From Octopus bimaculoides (Eukaryota): a stretch of 64,000 bases of DNA. The stretch covers positions 8,807,250 to 8,871,249 of the forward strand of contig NC_068984.1 in the NCBI RefSeq assembly GCF_001194135.2, written 5' to 3'. The notes under the pieces were generated by a model that ran no database searches, was not told where the DNA came from, and saw only the letters and a program-made list of their open reading frames with translations. Every line of letters begins with the position of its first letter. Position 1 is the first letter of the stretch. A program made the translations under genes and the position numbers. Positions 1 through 13,830 of this stretch are shown here, in pieces.

Positions 1-134
<134 letters not shown>

Positions 135-652
135 TAAATCTAGTTGAGCCCTGGTCGTGCATATCTATGAGAAAAGGGCCCCTATCGATTTCGACGTTTC
201 GGTTATATGAAGACCAGTGTTATGAAACGTGTTCATCTTTTAAGTTAGCATTTGTGTGCTATTGTAAACTGTCGAGTGGCCTGCTTGAAGGATACTCTCT
301 CGAATCAACTAGATAAAATACAACACAAATGTTGATTCACATTATATGCTCTTTGAAATGTTGGAGGTTATTGGATTTTCGGAACACATAAAAGGAAACC
401 AATTTCCTCACGTTAACACATTGCTTGTAATATTTGGTGCATCTCCTAGGAAACGAAAAGGAATATAGCATGGATGATGCTTCTGAAAACGATTTTATTC
501 TGAACGCGGTGAGGAATAAGTATGACAGTTTGTTTGTGTCAAAACTAGAAACATCAGTGAGAATTTCCAGTTAAAAAGGGATCCTCACCTGGCATGTACA
601 CTATCGCTGTGTGACATCATTTGTTCTGACGTCACACATACATACATAAACG

Positions 653-684
<32 letters not shown>

Positions 685-829
685 CATACATGCATACATA
701 CGTTACTGCCCAGGTGTCGAAACCGTAATGATATCCATGGTACAGCAGATGATGGAGGTATGTTGGCTCGTTGGTATAGCTGTTTTTGTATATATATTAT
801 AACACATCCTTTTCAGATATATATATATA

Positions 830-985
830 CGAGAGGGTGCTGAAAAGTTCGTGGCTTTAAGTGTGCCGAGAAAGGCCCGGCTGGAGTTCTTTTACAGGGC
901 TTCAAAAACTGAAGGACATCTGCAATAAGTGTGTGAATCTGAGAGGAGAATATGGTTAAATAAAATCTTAATTAACTGATCCTCC
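830..985 (+). mobile_element. Internally deleted mariner remnant
   Basis: TA followed by a TIR-like CGAGAGGGTGCTGAAAAGTTC, then a segment reading ~NKCVNLRGEY, like the mariner transposase C-terminal W.KC...G.YVE motif. Confidence 0.55.
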
Positions 986-994
986 TCTAGAGGA

Positions 995-1089
995 GCATGG
1001 TTGCTTGAGAGACAGCATGGTTGCTTGAGAGACAGCATGGTTGCTTCAGAGACAGCGTGGTTGCTTGAGAGACAGCATGGTTGCTTGAA
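995..1089. repeat. 20-bp minisatellite, ~5 units (GCATGGTTGCTTGAGAGACA)
   Basis: Exact 20-nt periodicity with single substitutions, at the broken 3' end of the Tx1-like LINE. Confidence 0.95.
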
Positions 1090-3093
1090 AGCAACACGAC
1101 ATTCGCGGTGCCATTCGCCCTTCCTCGGCCTCTTTTTGATCCACGACTGCAGTTAGGTCATAGAGACGAGCTGCGGGAAAGCGCGCCTCACAAACGGTGA
1201 CCACACCTGTTCACCGTCGTCTACGTAGAGCCGGAGATGTCGCAGTCTCAGCGCGTATCTGCACATCACCAACCACGTCATGCCCAACCCTCCTTTTAAC
1301 GAGTGTTGGCAGCAAACGGATCGCCTGACCATCGGAACGCATCCTTTCCACAAGAAGAGGAAGAGAATGCGCTCCAGGTTGTTGATGGTAGGGTCGGGAC
1401 GAGGCATCTCAATTCTCGCGGGATGCCCCTCAGCGTCGCCACCTTCTGCAGTAGTAGCTCAAGAGTCAATACATATAGAAGCTACGGGAGGGGGCATCCC
1501 TGGCGGACGGAAGTGCAATGTTGAAAGGTCTCGATAGATGTCCATTTACGCGAATTACCGAACGGAGGCCTCTGTACAAAGCAGCTATCCAGCCGGGGAA
1601 GATGGGACCGAAACCAGCCGCTATGAAGAGAGCCTCCAATTATCAATGGTCTAACCTATCGAAAGCTTTAGATTGATCCAAATTGATCAGGGCCCCACCC
1701 ATGCCAGGTTCCTTAACTACCCAGTCTATGGAGGTTGTCATGGATGCTCCGGCCCAGCATGGCGCACGTTTGGGCCTTGTTGACCAGTTTCTCGATGACC
1801 AGTTTCTCGATGACAAGCGCCAACCTTTTGGCTAACACCTTGGCCACATTCTCAAGCCTTCATTGAGCAGAGTGATGGGCCTAAAGTTAATCTATCACGT
1901 CCCACTTGTTTGGGTCTTTCTTCAGCAGCGTTACGGCCCCTCGGTTCACAAAACCGGGGATGCTTCTGTTTTTCTGTCAGTTGCAGTACACTGCTGCCAA
2001 GACGTCTCCAAACAAGTCTGGCATACAACTGTAAAGCTCGTAGGGTAGTCCATTGAAAACTCGGCGATTTGTCACTCGAACATTCTGCCATCGCGTCCCG
2101 CACTTCCGCAGCCGTGATGGCACCTTCGCAGCACCCTGCCTCTCTTGTCGAGAGTCGTGGTAGGCACTGAAGTCCACCCTTCGTTCTCACTCTCCATTCG
2201 TCCCGAACAGTCGGGAAAGGCCTCACATTTTACTTGGCTCGAGTAATTCTCGCCCCTATTCATCTACCAGAGAGCGAAAGGTGGCTTTGTTGCTATGTTG
2301 CGCCTCTACCACCCGGGCCTCTCACGCGGCTCCAGCACCTTCTTTCTTTAAAGCACTCAACCTAGCACACCCTTCGTGTTTGGCATTGAAATGTTGGCCG
2401 GGGGCCAATTTCGCCGCCAATACATCGGATACGATGCCACATCTAATCGCCTCTTCTAACTTCTTAACTAGGTCACACTCTACTCTGTTTCTGTCTATGG
2501 CTAGTGCTTTGCTATACCTAATCACTTCTGCTTTTATTGCTCTCTTGAGGGCAAACCAACATTTGTTTTTGATGATGGATCCCGTCAAAGCCCTCTTTAC
2601 TAGCGTGCTAATCCAGTCTTTGAAAACCTGTCTCGGCGGGAAAGATGCATTTAGTTTCCAGTAACTGGGGCCCAGCCTATGTGTCTTATCTAATCTAGCG
2701 TACACGTCACAAGTTTGTGATCCATGTAGTTGACTATGTGGAATTGTGGGCACCCTAAGCTATCTCTATCTACTCTCCTACACAGTATTCTATCTAGATA
2801 CGATCTCAACGATCCGGTGCGGTTGCTCCATGTCCACATTGGCGCATTCGGGTGGTCGAGTCGGTACCTGTCAGACAGTTGAAAGCGTCTGAGCAGGTCT
2901 CTGAGGCATTTGCATCCCCATCTATTCCTATTTCTGCCCACGTAGTCTACACTTGTATCCAAGGTAGCATTCTAATCCCCCCACTAAAAGTAAGGGACAA
3001 GAAGTTCCTAGGAATACTTCTAGACGTTGAAAGAAATCAAGCCGACCTGTTAAAGGCGGTGCGTTGACTGATACGAGTCGAAACGCGCACCCA
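1075..3093 (-). mobile_element. Degenerate Tx1/L1-clade LINE ORF2 (AP endonuclease + reverse transcriptase), 5'/3' truncated with internal deletion
   Basis: Minus-strand frames give, in order: [20 protein letters not shown] and YWKLNASF (endonuclease); GLPYELY, RPITLLN..KVLAKRL, LDQSKAFDRLDH and RQGCP (RT); LFLWKG..KGGLGM (post-RT). Frameshifts and stops are present and the YADD motif is absent. Confidence 0.9.
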
Positions 3094-3094
3094 T

Positions 3095-3196
3095 ATAGAC
3101 AGACAGACATACAGACAGACAGACAGACAGACAGACATGCAGACAGACGGACAGACAGACAGACAGACAGGCAGGCAGACAGACAGACAGACAGAC

Positions 3197-3267
<71 letters not shown>

Positions 3268-3268
3268 C
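3095..3268. repeat. Compound (AGAC)n(AGAT)n microsatellite
   Basis: Tetranucleotide runs abutting the LINE 5' truncation. Confidence 0.97.
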
Positions 3269-3607
3269 AAAAGGGATAGGTGGTAACAAAAAGAAATATT
3301 AAAGCTGCATTACCGTTTTGGAAGCATTTCAGAATTGTGTTTACTATTTGACACCAGTTCATTACACTAATTACTGGTATATGAATGAGTATACACATCT
3401 GTGTGTGTGTGCGTGTGTGTGTGTGTGTGCGTGTGTGTGTTGTGGTTGTTATCGATGTTAGATAGTACCAACATCAATCAGGAATACATTAGGGTAGAGC
3501 GCTGCAAATTATGAATTATTAGGAATACAGACAGGTCAGATGACAGAAAGATTTGTGGTAGGAATAAAACGTAAGAGAAATGCAAAGTTGATTAGCAAAG
3601 TATCTAT

Positions 3608-4005
3608 CTATATGTGTATATGTATGTGTGTATATTCATGTGTGTGTGTGTATTTATATTTATATATATATATATATATATATATANNNNNNNNNNNNNN
3701 NNNNNNNNNNNNNNNNNNNNNNNNNNNNNNNNNNNNNNNNNNNNNNNNNNNNNNNNNNNNNNNNNNNNNNNNNNNNNNNNNNNNNNNNNNNNNNNNNNNN
3801 NNNNNNNNNNNNNNNNNNNNNNNNNNNNNNNNNNNNNNNNNNNNNNNNNNNNNNNNNNNNNNNNNNNNNNNNNNNNNNNNNNNNNNNNNNNNNNNNNNNN
3901 NNNNNNNNNNNNNNNNNNNNNNNNNNNNNNNNNNNNNNNNNNNNNNNNNNNNNNNNNNNNNNNNNNNNNNNNNNNNNNNNNNNNNNNNNNNNNNNNNNNN
4001 NNNNN

Positions 4006-4075
<70 letters not shown>
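3608..4075. repeat. (TA)n tract spanning an assembly gap
   Basis: TA runs on both sides of an N block. Confidence 0.9.
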
Positions 4076-4079
<4 letters not shown>

Positions 4080-4852
4080 ATAGTCGTATGCATATATTAG
4101 ATATATATATACGCACACACATTTATATGCATATATACATTTATATACGTATCTGTTCTGTAAGAATTTATTTAGAGATATATGTGAACATATATATGTA
4201 ATATATACATGCGTGTTTATATATATATATGTGCATATATACCGTATTTGAGCGTGCATCTGAGTGCGTGCGTTTGTGTGTTGTCACTGTGTGTGTGCCT
4301 GCGTACGGGCGCGCGTGTGCGCGTGTGTTTGTCTGTGTGTGTTTTTGTGTGAGTGCGCGCGCGTTCGTGCGCGTATGTGCATATGCAACAATTGCACCAA
4401 GAGAATTTGGAAGAAATTATTGATTGGATGAGATCAAAGGCAAAACTGGACGCAGAGTAAAGAAGAATAAAAATTCTGCCAATATTTTTGCAGGAAAAAA
4501 TATACGAAAATCAAGAAGACTCGTTAAATAAGATATAATACAGTATAAGAGATTGCCTCAAACGAAGATGTGCGATATTGGAGTGGAAATTTAAAAAAAA
4601 CACACTATGATGTAAGTTTTTTAACGTAAAATTTAGAAAGAAAATTTCTAATCGAACATAACTAAACGTGTACGCGAGTGAATGTATGTATGTGTTTGTA
4701 TTTACTTGTGTTAAAGGTGTCGAATGGAAGTAGTTACGACCACAATATGCATACACTCCAGTATGGACGCACACGAATCTATGCAGGTACACAAGTAATC
4801 ATATATTCATACTAAATACAGATTCATGAGTGTGTACAGATACGCATGTGTA

Positions 4853-4945
<93 letters not shown>
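4853..4945. repeat. (GATA)n/(GACA)n microsatellite
   Basis: Direct reading. Confidence 0.95.
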
Positions 4946-4948
<3 letters not shown>

Positions 4949-5654
4949 TATACAGATAGAAGTGCATACAAAGATTGGTATAGAACGAGAGACGGGTAAG
5001 GAGAGAGTGAGAGAGAGTTAGATGGACAGATATAACACATAATCCATAACCATTGGTCCGACAAAATATACGTTGTTTCGCCTCTAACAGGAACTGAAGA
5101 ACAATATCAAAGAAGAGCTAGTTTATATGATATAGAAAGAAGGAAACATATGAAATGTTATATTCTATCATTGAGGACTTTATTCACTGTGGCCGGACAC
5201 AACAGTGTGCATGTGTGTGTGTACGTGTGTTTGCGTTTGCGCGCGTGTGACAGAGAGAGAGTGTGTGTGTGTGCATGTGTGTGTGCGTGTGTGTGTGTTT
5301 GCGTGTGTGTGAGACGGAGAGAGGGAGATAATATGTGTACTTGTGTGTGCTGGTGCGTGTGTTTGTGTGTGTATGCGTGCGTTTGTGCGTTCCTGAGTGT
5401 GTCTGAATGTGTGTGTGTGTGAACATACATATGTACGTACGTCGCTTAACGTCACCTGAAGTTCGCAGTGGCGTGAAACATGAGTCGTAGCACAAACTCT
5501 CACCCGTAGATCTAATATTTTAACATAAAAATCATGCATGCTTGTGTGTGTGTGTGTGTGAATGTTTGCGTATGTGTATGTGTGAGTGTGTGTGTTCGTA
5601 CGTATTCATATACATGTACGCTTGTTTATGAATGTATGTCTATCTATCTATGTA

Positions 5655-5694
<40 letters not shown>

Positions 5695-6721
5695 NNNNNN
5701 NNNNNNNNNNNNNNNNNNNNNNNNNNNNNNNNNNNNNNNNNNNNNNNNNNNNNNNNNNNNNNNNNNNNNNNNNNNNNNNNNNNNNNNNNNNNNNNNNNNN
5801 NNNNNNNNNNNNNNNNNNNNNNNNNNNNNNNNNNNNNNNNNNNNNNNNNNNNNNNNNNNNNNNNNNNNNNNNNNNNNNNNNNNNNNNNTATATATGTAAC
5901 CAAATTCATTCCTTTTATTTTTTCGTAATGCAACATATCGCCAATTCTAATGCAAAGACGTTTTGATTGTAATAGCCAATAAAACTAGAGAAACAAAATG
6001 AAGAACTAAACGCTCTTGAGTAGAAAGATTGGAAAGAATTGATGCTAAAAAGAAAATATTGCATTTCTAATGAAAAGCAGGCCTAATCTAAGACTCTATT
6101 TCTGGGAATTAGTTGCGGTTAAAGCCAAGCGGTAGGGTGGAACTTTCTTTATTTAGACTCCTTCTGTTTGTGATTTTTTTTGTCTGTGTATGGGTGTATT
6201 TTGGTATTTCTTTCTCTCGGCTTTGCTATGATTCAAAATGCTTTGCTTATTTTATTATATTGCTCAAGAATATATCACAGAAATTTTCTCAGGAAAACAA
6301 TGGAATCAAATAAGAGAGAGACTGAACTGACAATAGTTTAAATTCGAATTTTGTTACAGCAACAATTTTTTTTTTTTCTTCAGAAAGTTTTAGATGATAA
6401 AAAGGAAATATAAAGAAAAATAAAACACAAACCATAAAAATAACTACTGGAAATCTCTAATGTAAGGAGATAAAAATGAAATGTAAAGAATAAAGTGGTT
6501 TCGTGTAGGTGTGTGTGTGTGTGTTTGCGAGTGAACTTGAATTAACCAAATGCTAAGTGTCTTATATTGTACCAATTTTCCAAAATATTTGATGATTATA
6601 TCTGGTATTGGCAGCGCAATCAATAGCTTTATGGTTATAGATGGAGATATATATTTATATTAAGTCGATGAAAAGATGTTGATATGTAGGCCTGAAGAAA
6701 ATCGGTCATTTCTAAAAATTT

Positions 6722-7029
6722 ATCTCTCTCTCACTCTCTCTATCTATTTCTCTATCTACCTATGTTTTTCCCTTTCTTTCTCTTTCTCTCTCTCTATCAC
6801 TCTCTCTCTCTATCTATCAATCGATTTATTTCCCTTTCTTTCTCTTTCACTCTCTTTCTCTTCCTCTCTCTCTCTCTCTTTCTCTCACTATCTCTCTCTT
6901 TCGTTGTATATTTCTCTCTCTATCTATCTATTTCCCTTTCTTTCTCTGTCTCTCTCTTTCTATCTCTCACTGTCTCTCTTTCTCAATATCTCTCTATCTA
7001 TCTATGTATTTCCCTTTCTCTTTCTCTCA

Positions 7030-7098
<69 letters not shown>

Positions 7099-7233
7099 TA
7101 TTTTTTAGCTATGTGCATAGTCATATATACATACATTTATATACATAATATATACTTATATACACAAATGTATACATTCTCAAACACACAGATGTATACA
7201 TACATACATACATACATACATACATACATACAT
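6722..7233. repeat. CT-rich low-complexity tract with (CT)n(TA)n and (TACA)n
   Basis: Direct reading. Confidence 0.9.
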
Positions 7234-8409
7234 NNNNNNNNNNNNNNNNNNNNNNNNNNNNNNNNNNNNNNNNNNNNNNNNNNNNNNNNNNNNNNNNNNN
7301 NNNNNNNNNNNNNNNNNNNNNNNNNNNNNNNNNNNNNNNNNNNNNNNNNNNNNNNNNNNNNNNNNNNNNNNNNNNNNNNNNNNNNNNNNNNNNNNNNNNN
7401 NNNNNNNNNNNNNNNNNNNNNNNNNNNNNNNNNNNNNNNNNNNNNNNNNNNNNNNNNNNNNNNNNNNNNNNNNNNNNNNNNNNNNNNNNNNNNNNNNNAT
7501 ATATGCATATATATATTTGTGTGTATGTGTGTGTGTTTTGCTGTATATGTATGTCTACATGTTTTTATCTATGTATAATCATATGATTTTTTTAATAGTT
7601 TGTTTATAAAAGAGAATCCACTCTCAACCTTCTAATCTAACTCAGTCTCATCTTCAGTTTTAAGTGAAATTGGTTTATTATATCCTTTTATATGTCTAAG
7701 GTCAATGTCATACTTATCCGCTAGAATATCTATTTTTGGTTGTTAAATTCAACGTCAGCAGGTAGGCGGTTGTGGTTATTTTTCTATTTCAACTTATGCG
7801 TATTATCTCTGAAATTATTACGTATTACATCCATTATTAGATGCTATTGTTGGATATTTTTCAGACTTTAGATGCATTGTCAACTATTGTTTTCTTAGTT
7901 TTGTTTTATGATTTAGTACACTACTTGCGTTCCATGATGTTAGTGTATGATCCGATTGGAGATTGTGTTGTATTCGTACGGTCAATGTAATAGTTGGAGT
8001 GACGCAGATGTTTAGAAATATCATATAATAAATCACAATAGTTTTTAACGTTCTTCAAAAAATATAGCAACGTAACGTTAACATTAATTCATTGTTTGGT
8101 CTAATTCACCTTGTTGTGTTCCCTTTCTGGTGTTATAATTAACTCCTCATTTAGTTGGTACTTTTTGGTTATCTCACCTCCATTAAACAATTGAGGATTT
8201 CTTTTTTGCAAAAACAAAAACAATATCAAACAACAAAATCCTACTAAATCCCCAAAAATCAGATGCCTACGTTACAGTCGCGTCTTCCACGTTCTTCACT
8301 TCAAGACCGCTGCGAAATCACGTCTTGACAGCATTCGATGCAAAAACAAAACTGACACACGCATGCACAGTAAGCAAGCTATATACCACACAGCCACTGC
8401 AGCGCCTAT

Positions 8410-8512
8410 CTGTAGATTGCTTAGCCAGTTACACGTAAATTTCACGAGCAGACAGTTCCGTTGTTCGGATCAACAGGAACCTTCGTTAACGTTACCGACG
8501 AAGTGCCAGGTT
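8410..8512 (+). mobile_element. 3' fragment of SINE family C
   Basis: ACACGTAAATTTCACGAGCAG..TTCCGTTG.TCGGATCAAC.GGAACC matches the tail of the copy at 59039-59395. Confidence 0.7.
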
Positions 8513-8574
8513 TACAGTTATAAAAATCGTTGCCGTCACTCGCAAGCGAGTATGGCTTATTGGCTTGTACCATA

Positions 8575-8858
8575 TTCTCACTAATTCTTTAAAGAGGACA
8601 AGGATAGGATAATACTCCTTCCCCAGTCATACTGACTCGCAAGACCGCTTTCCCGATTTTCGTGGCGTATATATTCTTCATTGGAAGGGGCACCTGTCCG
8701 TTGCAGGATAATTTATTTTAGCTAGCTGAGTGAAACATAACAACGTGAAATGAAATGTCTTGCTTCAGAACACAACACGTTCACCGGTCCAAGAACTGAG
8801 ACCACAATTTTACAATCATGATCCCAATTCCCCTGACCACTGAGTAACATGCCCCCAC
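8575..8858 (-). mobile_element. tRNA-derived SINE family E (CORE-like body, V-like tail)
   Basis: tRNA-like head, then GTGTTGTGTTC.GA.GCAAGACA as at 23918; the tail CTGCAACGGAC..TACGCCACGAAAATCGGGAAA resembles the 34502 copy. Confidence 0.6.
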
Positions 8859-9304
8859 CAATTGATTCAGGAGCCTATTTAACCATAAGCAGTCATAGAT
8901 GTACTCTTGACTTCCGCGCTTTTGATCCAGCGAAACATAATGGATGTGATAAACAGAGAAAAGAGACGATCCCGACCCCAGTAGTTAGCTAGTATTCATT
9001 TTCGAACGAGCAGTCTTGATCTAAGTAAAAGACAATGTCTTGTTCTAGAATATAACGTATTGCCTGTCCAAGAGTCAAACCCAAGAAGATATAATTTAGT
9101 TTACGCTTCAATCCGCCTTGCAAAAATCAAGTAAGTTTGACAAACATGGCTTAGGTTACATGAAAAATCTACATCAAAAACCTTGGGAAACAGCAAGGTG
9201 GTGGTGGTTGGGGAGTATCGATGTACCTGGCAGGGTTACCTAGTACTGAAAAATCAAACGCGCCGATGGTGCTGGATCTCGGTAGGGTCTCTATAACAAT
9301 AATA

Positions 9305-9505
9305 AATGATAAATGATGACAAAGATGACGACGACGACAATGAGGATACTGATGATGATGACGACGACCACCACCACCACGATGAACATGATGATGATGA
9401 CGACTACGACGACGACGATGATGGTGATGATGATGATGATGATGATGATGAGGATGATGATGATGAGGGTGATGATGATGAGGGTGATAATGATGAGGAT
9501 GAGGG

Positions 9506-9541
<36 letters not shown>

Positions 9542-9633
9542 GGGTGATGATGATGATGATGAGGGTGATGATGATGATGATGATGAAGATGATGATGAGG
9601 ATGAGGATGATGATGATGATGGTGATGACGACT

Positions 9634-9685
<52 letters not shown>

Positions 9686-9897
9686 TGGTGATGATGATTA
9701 TCATGATGATGACGGCAACGACAACGATGACGAAGATAATGATGATGACGACGACAACCACGACAACGAGAATGATGATCATTGCCATCATCATCATCAC
9801 CGCCATCGCTAGAATCATCATTAACATCATCAACACCACCACCATCATCATCATCGTGAACAGTAACAGCATCAGCATCAGTTCGGTACCATCATGC
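9305..9897. repeat. Compound (GAT)n/(GAC)n triplet repeat ending in (CAT)n
   Basis: Source of the poly-D, poly-M and poly-I ORFs. Confidence 0.95.
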
Positions 9898-10266
9898 TAA
9901 TTTGAACAAAGAAGAAACAACAAAGGATGAAGCCACTTTTAATGTGGTGACGATGATAATCGAACACGAGGGATGGAGGCAGATGCGAAGAACAGAGATG
10001 AAAATAACTCCACTCTTGGAGTGTGACTGACACTTAGAACATGTTCAAAGGGTACCATTGAACTGAACCTCGGCGGCATGGTGAGGTGCAGACAGAGCAT
10101 GTCTGTGCATACGTTAATTATATAGACACACTCATTCTAACCTTCAATGGTGTGCTTACATACAAACGATCCCTCATACATACACACCTATATATGCAAG
10201 CGTTATACACTCACACACGCAAGCGCGATAGCGCACGCGCACACACACACGCATACAGCCCCCCCC

Positions 10267-10297
<31 letters not shown>

Positions 10298-10668
10298 CTT
10301 ATTTATATGCACATGCATATATACATACGGATATATATATATGTATACGTATTATGGAATCGTTGATGTGTGACAATGATTGCATAGAGAGTGACGGTGG
10401 TATACGATAGAAAAATATGAATAGCTTAGAAGTATGTGGATATATGTCTGTGTGCATACATGCTTGTATGTATGCATGAATTAATGTACCTATGTATGTT
10501 TTATAAATTAGCTATATACACCCGTAACAGCGCTTGTAACGAATGTGTTAATTATTGCACAAACGCACGCCAACATAAAGCTATTTATATATCTATATAA
10601 ACATGAATATACATACATATATGTGTGTGTGCGTGTGTGTGTATGTATGCATGTATGTATTATATACG

Positions 10669-10699
<31 letters not shown>

Positions 10700-10956
10700 N
10701 NNNNNNNNNNNNNNNNNNNNNNNNNNNNNNNNNNNNNNNNNNNNNNNNNNNNNNNNNNNNNNNNNNNNNNNNNNNNNNNNNNNNNNNNNNNNNNNNNNNN
10801 NNNNNNNNNNNNNNNNNNNNNNNNNNNNNNNNNNNNNNNNNNNNNNNNNNNNNNNNNNNNNNNNNNNNNNNNNNNNNNNNNNNNNNNNNNNNNNNNNNNN
10901 NNNNNNNNNNNNNNNNNNNNNNNNNNNNNNNNNNNNNNNNNNNNNNNTATATATAT

Positions 10957-11325
10957 AGGCGTAGGAGTGGCTATGTGATAATGGTTCCGGGTTCATTCCC
11001 ACTGCGTGGCACCTTGGGCAAGTGTCTTCTACTATAGTCCCGGGTCGACCAAATCTTGTGAGCGGAATTGGGAGACGGAACCTGAAAGAAACCCGTCGTA
11101 TATATGAATATATGTGTATGTATGTGTGTGTGTGTATGTTTGTGTCTGTGTTTGTCCCCCCAACATCGCTTGACAACCGATGGTGGTGTGTTTACGACCC
11201 CGTAACTTAGCGGTTCGGCCTGATAGAATAAGTACTAGGCTTCCAAAGTATAAGTCTTGGGGTCAATTTGCTCGACTAAAGGTGGTGCTCCAGCATGGAT
11301 GCATTCAAATGACTGAAAGAAGTGA
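10957..11325 (+). mobile_element. tRNA-derived SINE family A
   Basis: Head GGCGTAGGAGTGGCT, B-box-like GGTTCATTCC, CORE-like CCTTGGGCAAGTG, internal (TG)n and tail GGTGCTCCAGCATGG; about ten similar copies in the window. Confidence 0.9.
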
Positions 11326-11862
11326 TTGAGTGTATATATATAATGAGAGAGAGGGAGGGAGAGGGAAAGGATGGCGAAGAGTAATAAACAGATTGACAGA
11401 CAGAACGTTGAAGCAAGCAAACAGGACGCCATTGAAGAAAATGAAAGTGAAATGGAAGAGAGAGAGACAGAGAGAGAGAGACAGAGAGAGAGAGACAGAG
11501 AGAGAGAGAACGTAAGAGCAAGAGAATAAGAGAGTGAAAGATAGTGTGCGCGTGTGTGAGAATGTGAATAAGAGAGAGAGACAGACCAAGACTGTGAGAA
11601 TAACCGGAAGTGAAGCAAAGAGAGAGAGAGGGGGAGAAGAAATGAGGGGGAATAAAAGACAGAGAGGTGAAGAAAAAGAATAGGAGTAAGAGAGAGAGAG
11701 AGAGAGAGAGGAAAAGACAGAGAATAAGAATGAAAGACGTAGAGGGTGGAGAGGAGACAGGGTGAGAGAGAGAGAGAGAGGAAAAGACAGAGAATAAGAA
11801 TGAATGAATAAGTGAGTGGGTAGGAGGCAGAGTGAGAGAGAGAGAGTGAGAGAGAGAGAGAG

Positions 11863-11906
<44 letters not shown>

Positions 11907-12675
11907 NNNNNNNNNNNNNNNNNNNNNNNNNNNNNNNNNNNNNNNNNNNNNNNNNNNNNNNNNNNNNNNNNNNNNNNNNNNNNNNNNNNNNNNNNNNNNN
12001 NNNNNNNNNNNNNNNNNNNNNNNNNNNNNNNNNNNNNNNNNNNNNNNNNNNNNNNNNNNNNNNNNNNNNNNNNNNNNNNNNNNNNNNNNNNNNNNNNNNN
12101 NNNNNNNNNNNNNNNNNNNNNNNNNNNNNNNNNNNNNNNNNNNNNNNNNNNNNNNNNNNNNNNNNNNNNNNNNNNNNNNNNNNNNNNNNNNNNNNNNNNN
12201 NNNNNNNNNNNNNNNNNNNNNNNNNNNNNNNNNNNNNNNNNNNNNNNNNNNNNNNNNNNNNNNNNNNNNNNNNNNNNNNNNNNNNNNNNNNNNNNNNNNN
12301 NNNNNNNNNNNNNNNNNNNNNNNNNNNNNNNNNNNNNNNNNNNNNNNNNNNNNNNNNNNNNNNNNNNNNNNNNNNNNNNNNNNNNNNNNNNNNNNNNNNN
12401 NNNNNNNNNNNNNNNNNNNNNNNNNNNNNNNNNNNNNNNNNNNNNNNNNNNNNNNNNNNNNNNNNNNNNNNNNNNNNNNNNNNNNNNNNNNNNNNNNNNN
12501 NNNNNNNNNNNNNNNNNNNNNNNNNNNNNNNNNNNNNNNNNNNNNNNNNNNNNNNNNNNNNNNNNNNNNNNNNNNNNNNNNNNNNNNNNNNNNNNNNNNN
12601 NNNNNNNNNNNNNNNNNNNNNNNNNNNNNNNNNNNNNNNNNNNNNNNNNNNNNNNNNNNNNNNNNNNNNNNNNNN
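11907..12675. other. Assembly gap
   Basis: N run after (TG)n. Confidence 1.
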
Positions 12676-12733
12676 CTAGAAAGAGTAGGAGGAGTGTAAA
12701 CGCTGAGAAAGGGAGGATGTGTAAGTGTGTGTG

Positions 12734-12767
<34 letters not shown>

Positions 12768-12869
12768 ATTTTTGAGTGTTTAAGTGAGATTTTGTGAGTC
12801 TGAAATAAGCTTTGTTTGTGTGTCTGTGCGTGTGATTAAACCTGTCTGCGTTTGAATGTGTTGGCGTGT

Positions 12870-12905
<36 letters not shown>

Positions 12906-13404
12906 AACTCTCTGTGTGTGTTTGAATATGTGTGTGTGTGTGTTTGTGTTTGTGTGTGTACTATGTATGTATGTGTGTGTGTTTGTGTATATGAGTGTAT
13001 GCGTGTGTGAGTGGAGCTAAACGCGTGTTGGTGTATGTATACATTTCAAAAGAAAGCAGAAATAAAATGAAATAAAAGCTGATGGAATAAGTGTGTAGCA
13101 TTTTAAAAACATAATGAGCCAAGTGCGATAACTCATATAAGTCCAATGGTATAAGCATAAATAAACATGATACGACAGGTAGACAAAATGGCGTAATTGC
13201 GTACAAACTATTCTGAATAAATTGAAATATCTGTCTTGTTTCTAGACAACCTATAAAAATGTAGAAACATAGCGGTTATCGTTGGCGACTATCAAAGACA
13301 AGGAAGGATAATTTATAAAAATTAAAACTTAATTTCTTAAAATTACTTTGCATACATAGTTTCAGACATGGCTACACGGTTAGAAAGATCGAATCGCATC
13401 CATT

Positions 13405-13830
13405 TTTTTCTACTCTAGGCGTAAGGTCCGAAATTTTGGGGGAAGGGGCCAGTTGATTAGGAAGATCCCAGTACTCAACTGCTACTTAACGACCCCGAAA
13501 GACTGAAAAGCAGAGTCAACCGCGGCGGAATTTGAACTCAGAACGTAAAGACAGACGAAACACCACTAAGCATTTCGCCCGGCGTGCTAACGTTTCTTAT
13601 TTCTTTACTGCTCACAAGGGGCTACACACAGAGGGGACAAAGAAGGACAGACAAACGGATTAAGTCGATTATATCGACGCCAGTGCGTAACTGGTACTTA
13701 TTTAATCGACCCCGAAAGACTGAAAAGCAAAGTCGACCTCGGCGGAAATGAAACTCAGAACGTAAAGACAGACGAAATACCGCTAAGCATTTCACCCGAC
13801 GTGCTAACGTTACCGTCAGCCCTCCGCCTT
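13405..13830 (-). mobile_element. SINE family B dimer (B1 + headless B2)
   Basis: Two tandem units sharing GTTCAAATTCCGCCG..GGGGTCG..TAAGTA, with different tails. Confidence 0.9.

Noticed and set aside
190-240. Hammerhead-like TGAAGA..GAAACGT next to (ATT)n
   Set aside because: No stem II can be formed on either strand.
612-634. TGACATCA and TGACGTCA pair
   Set aside because: Isolated 8-mers beside a microsatellite, with no other promoter evidence.
995-1089. CRISPR-like array
   Set aside because: Contiguous units with no unique spacers, in eukaryotic sequence.
1280-1537. Plus-strand ORF with a GCP-like motif
   Set aside because: Antisense shadow of the minus-strand LINE RT.
9291-9900. Long poly-Asp, poly-Met and poly-Ile ORFs
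   Set aside because: Open in several frames on both strands because of triplet repeats; no unique coding flank or splice context.
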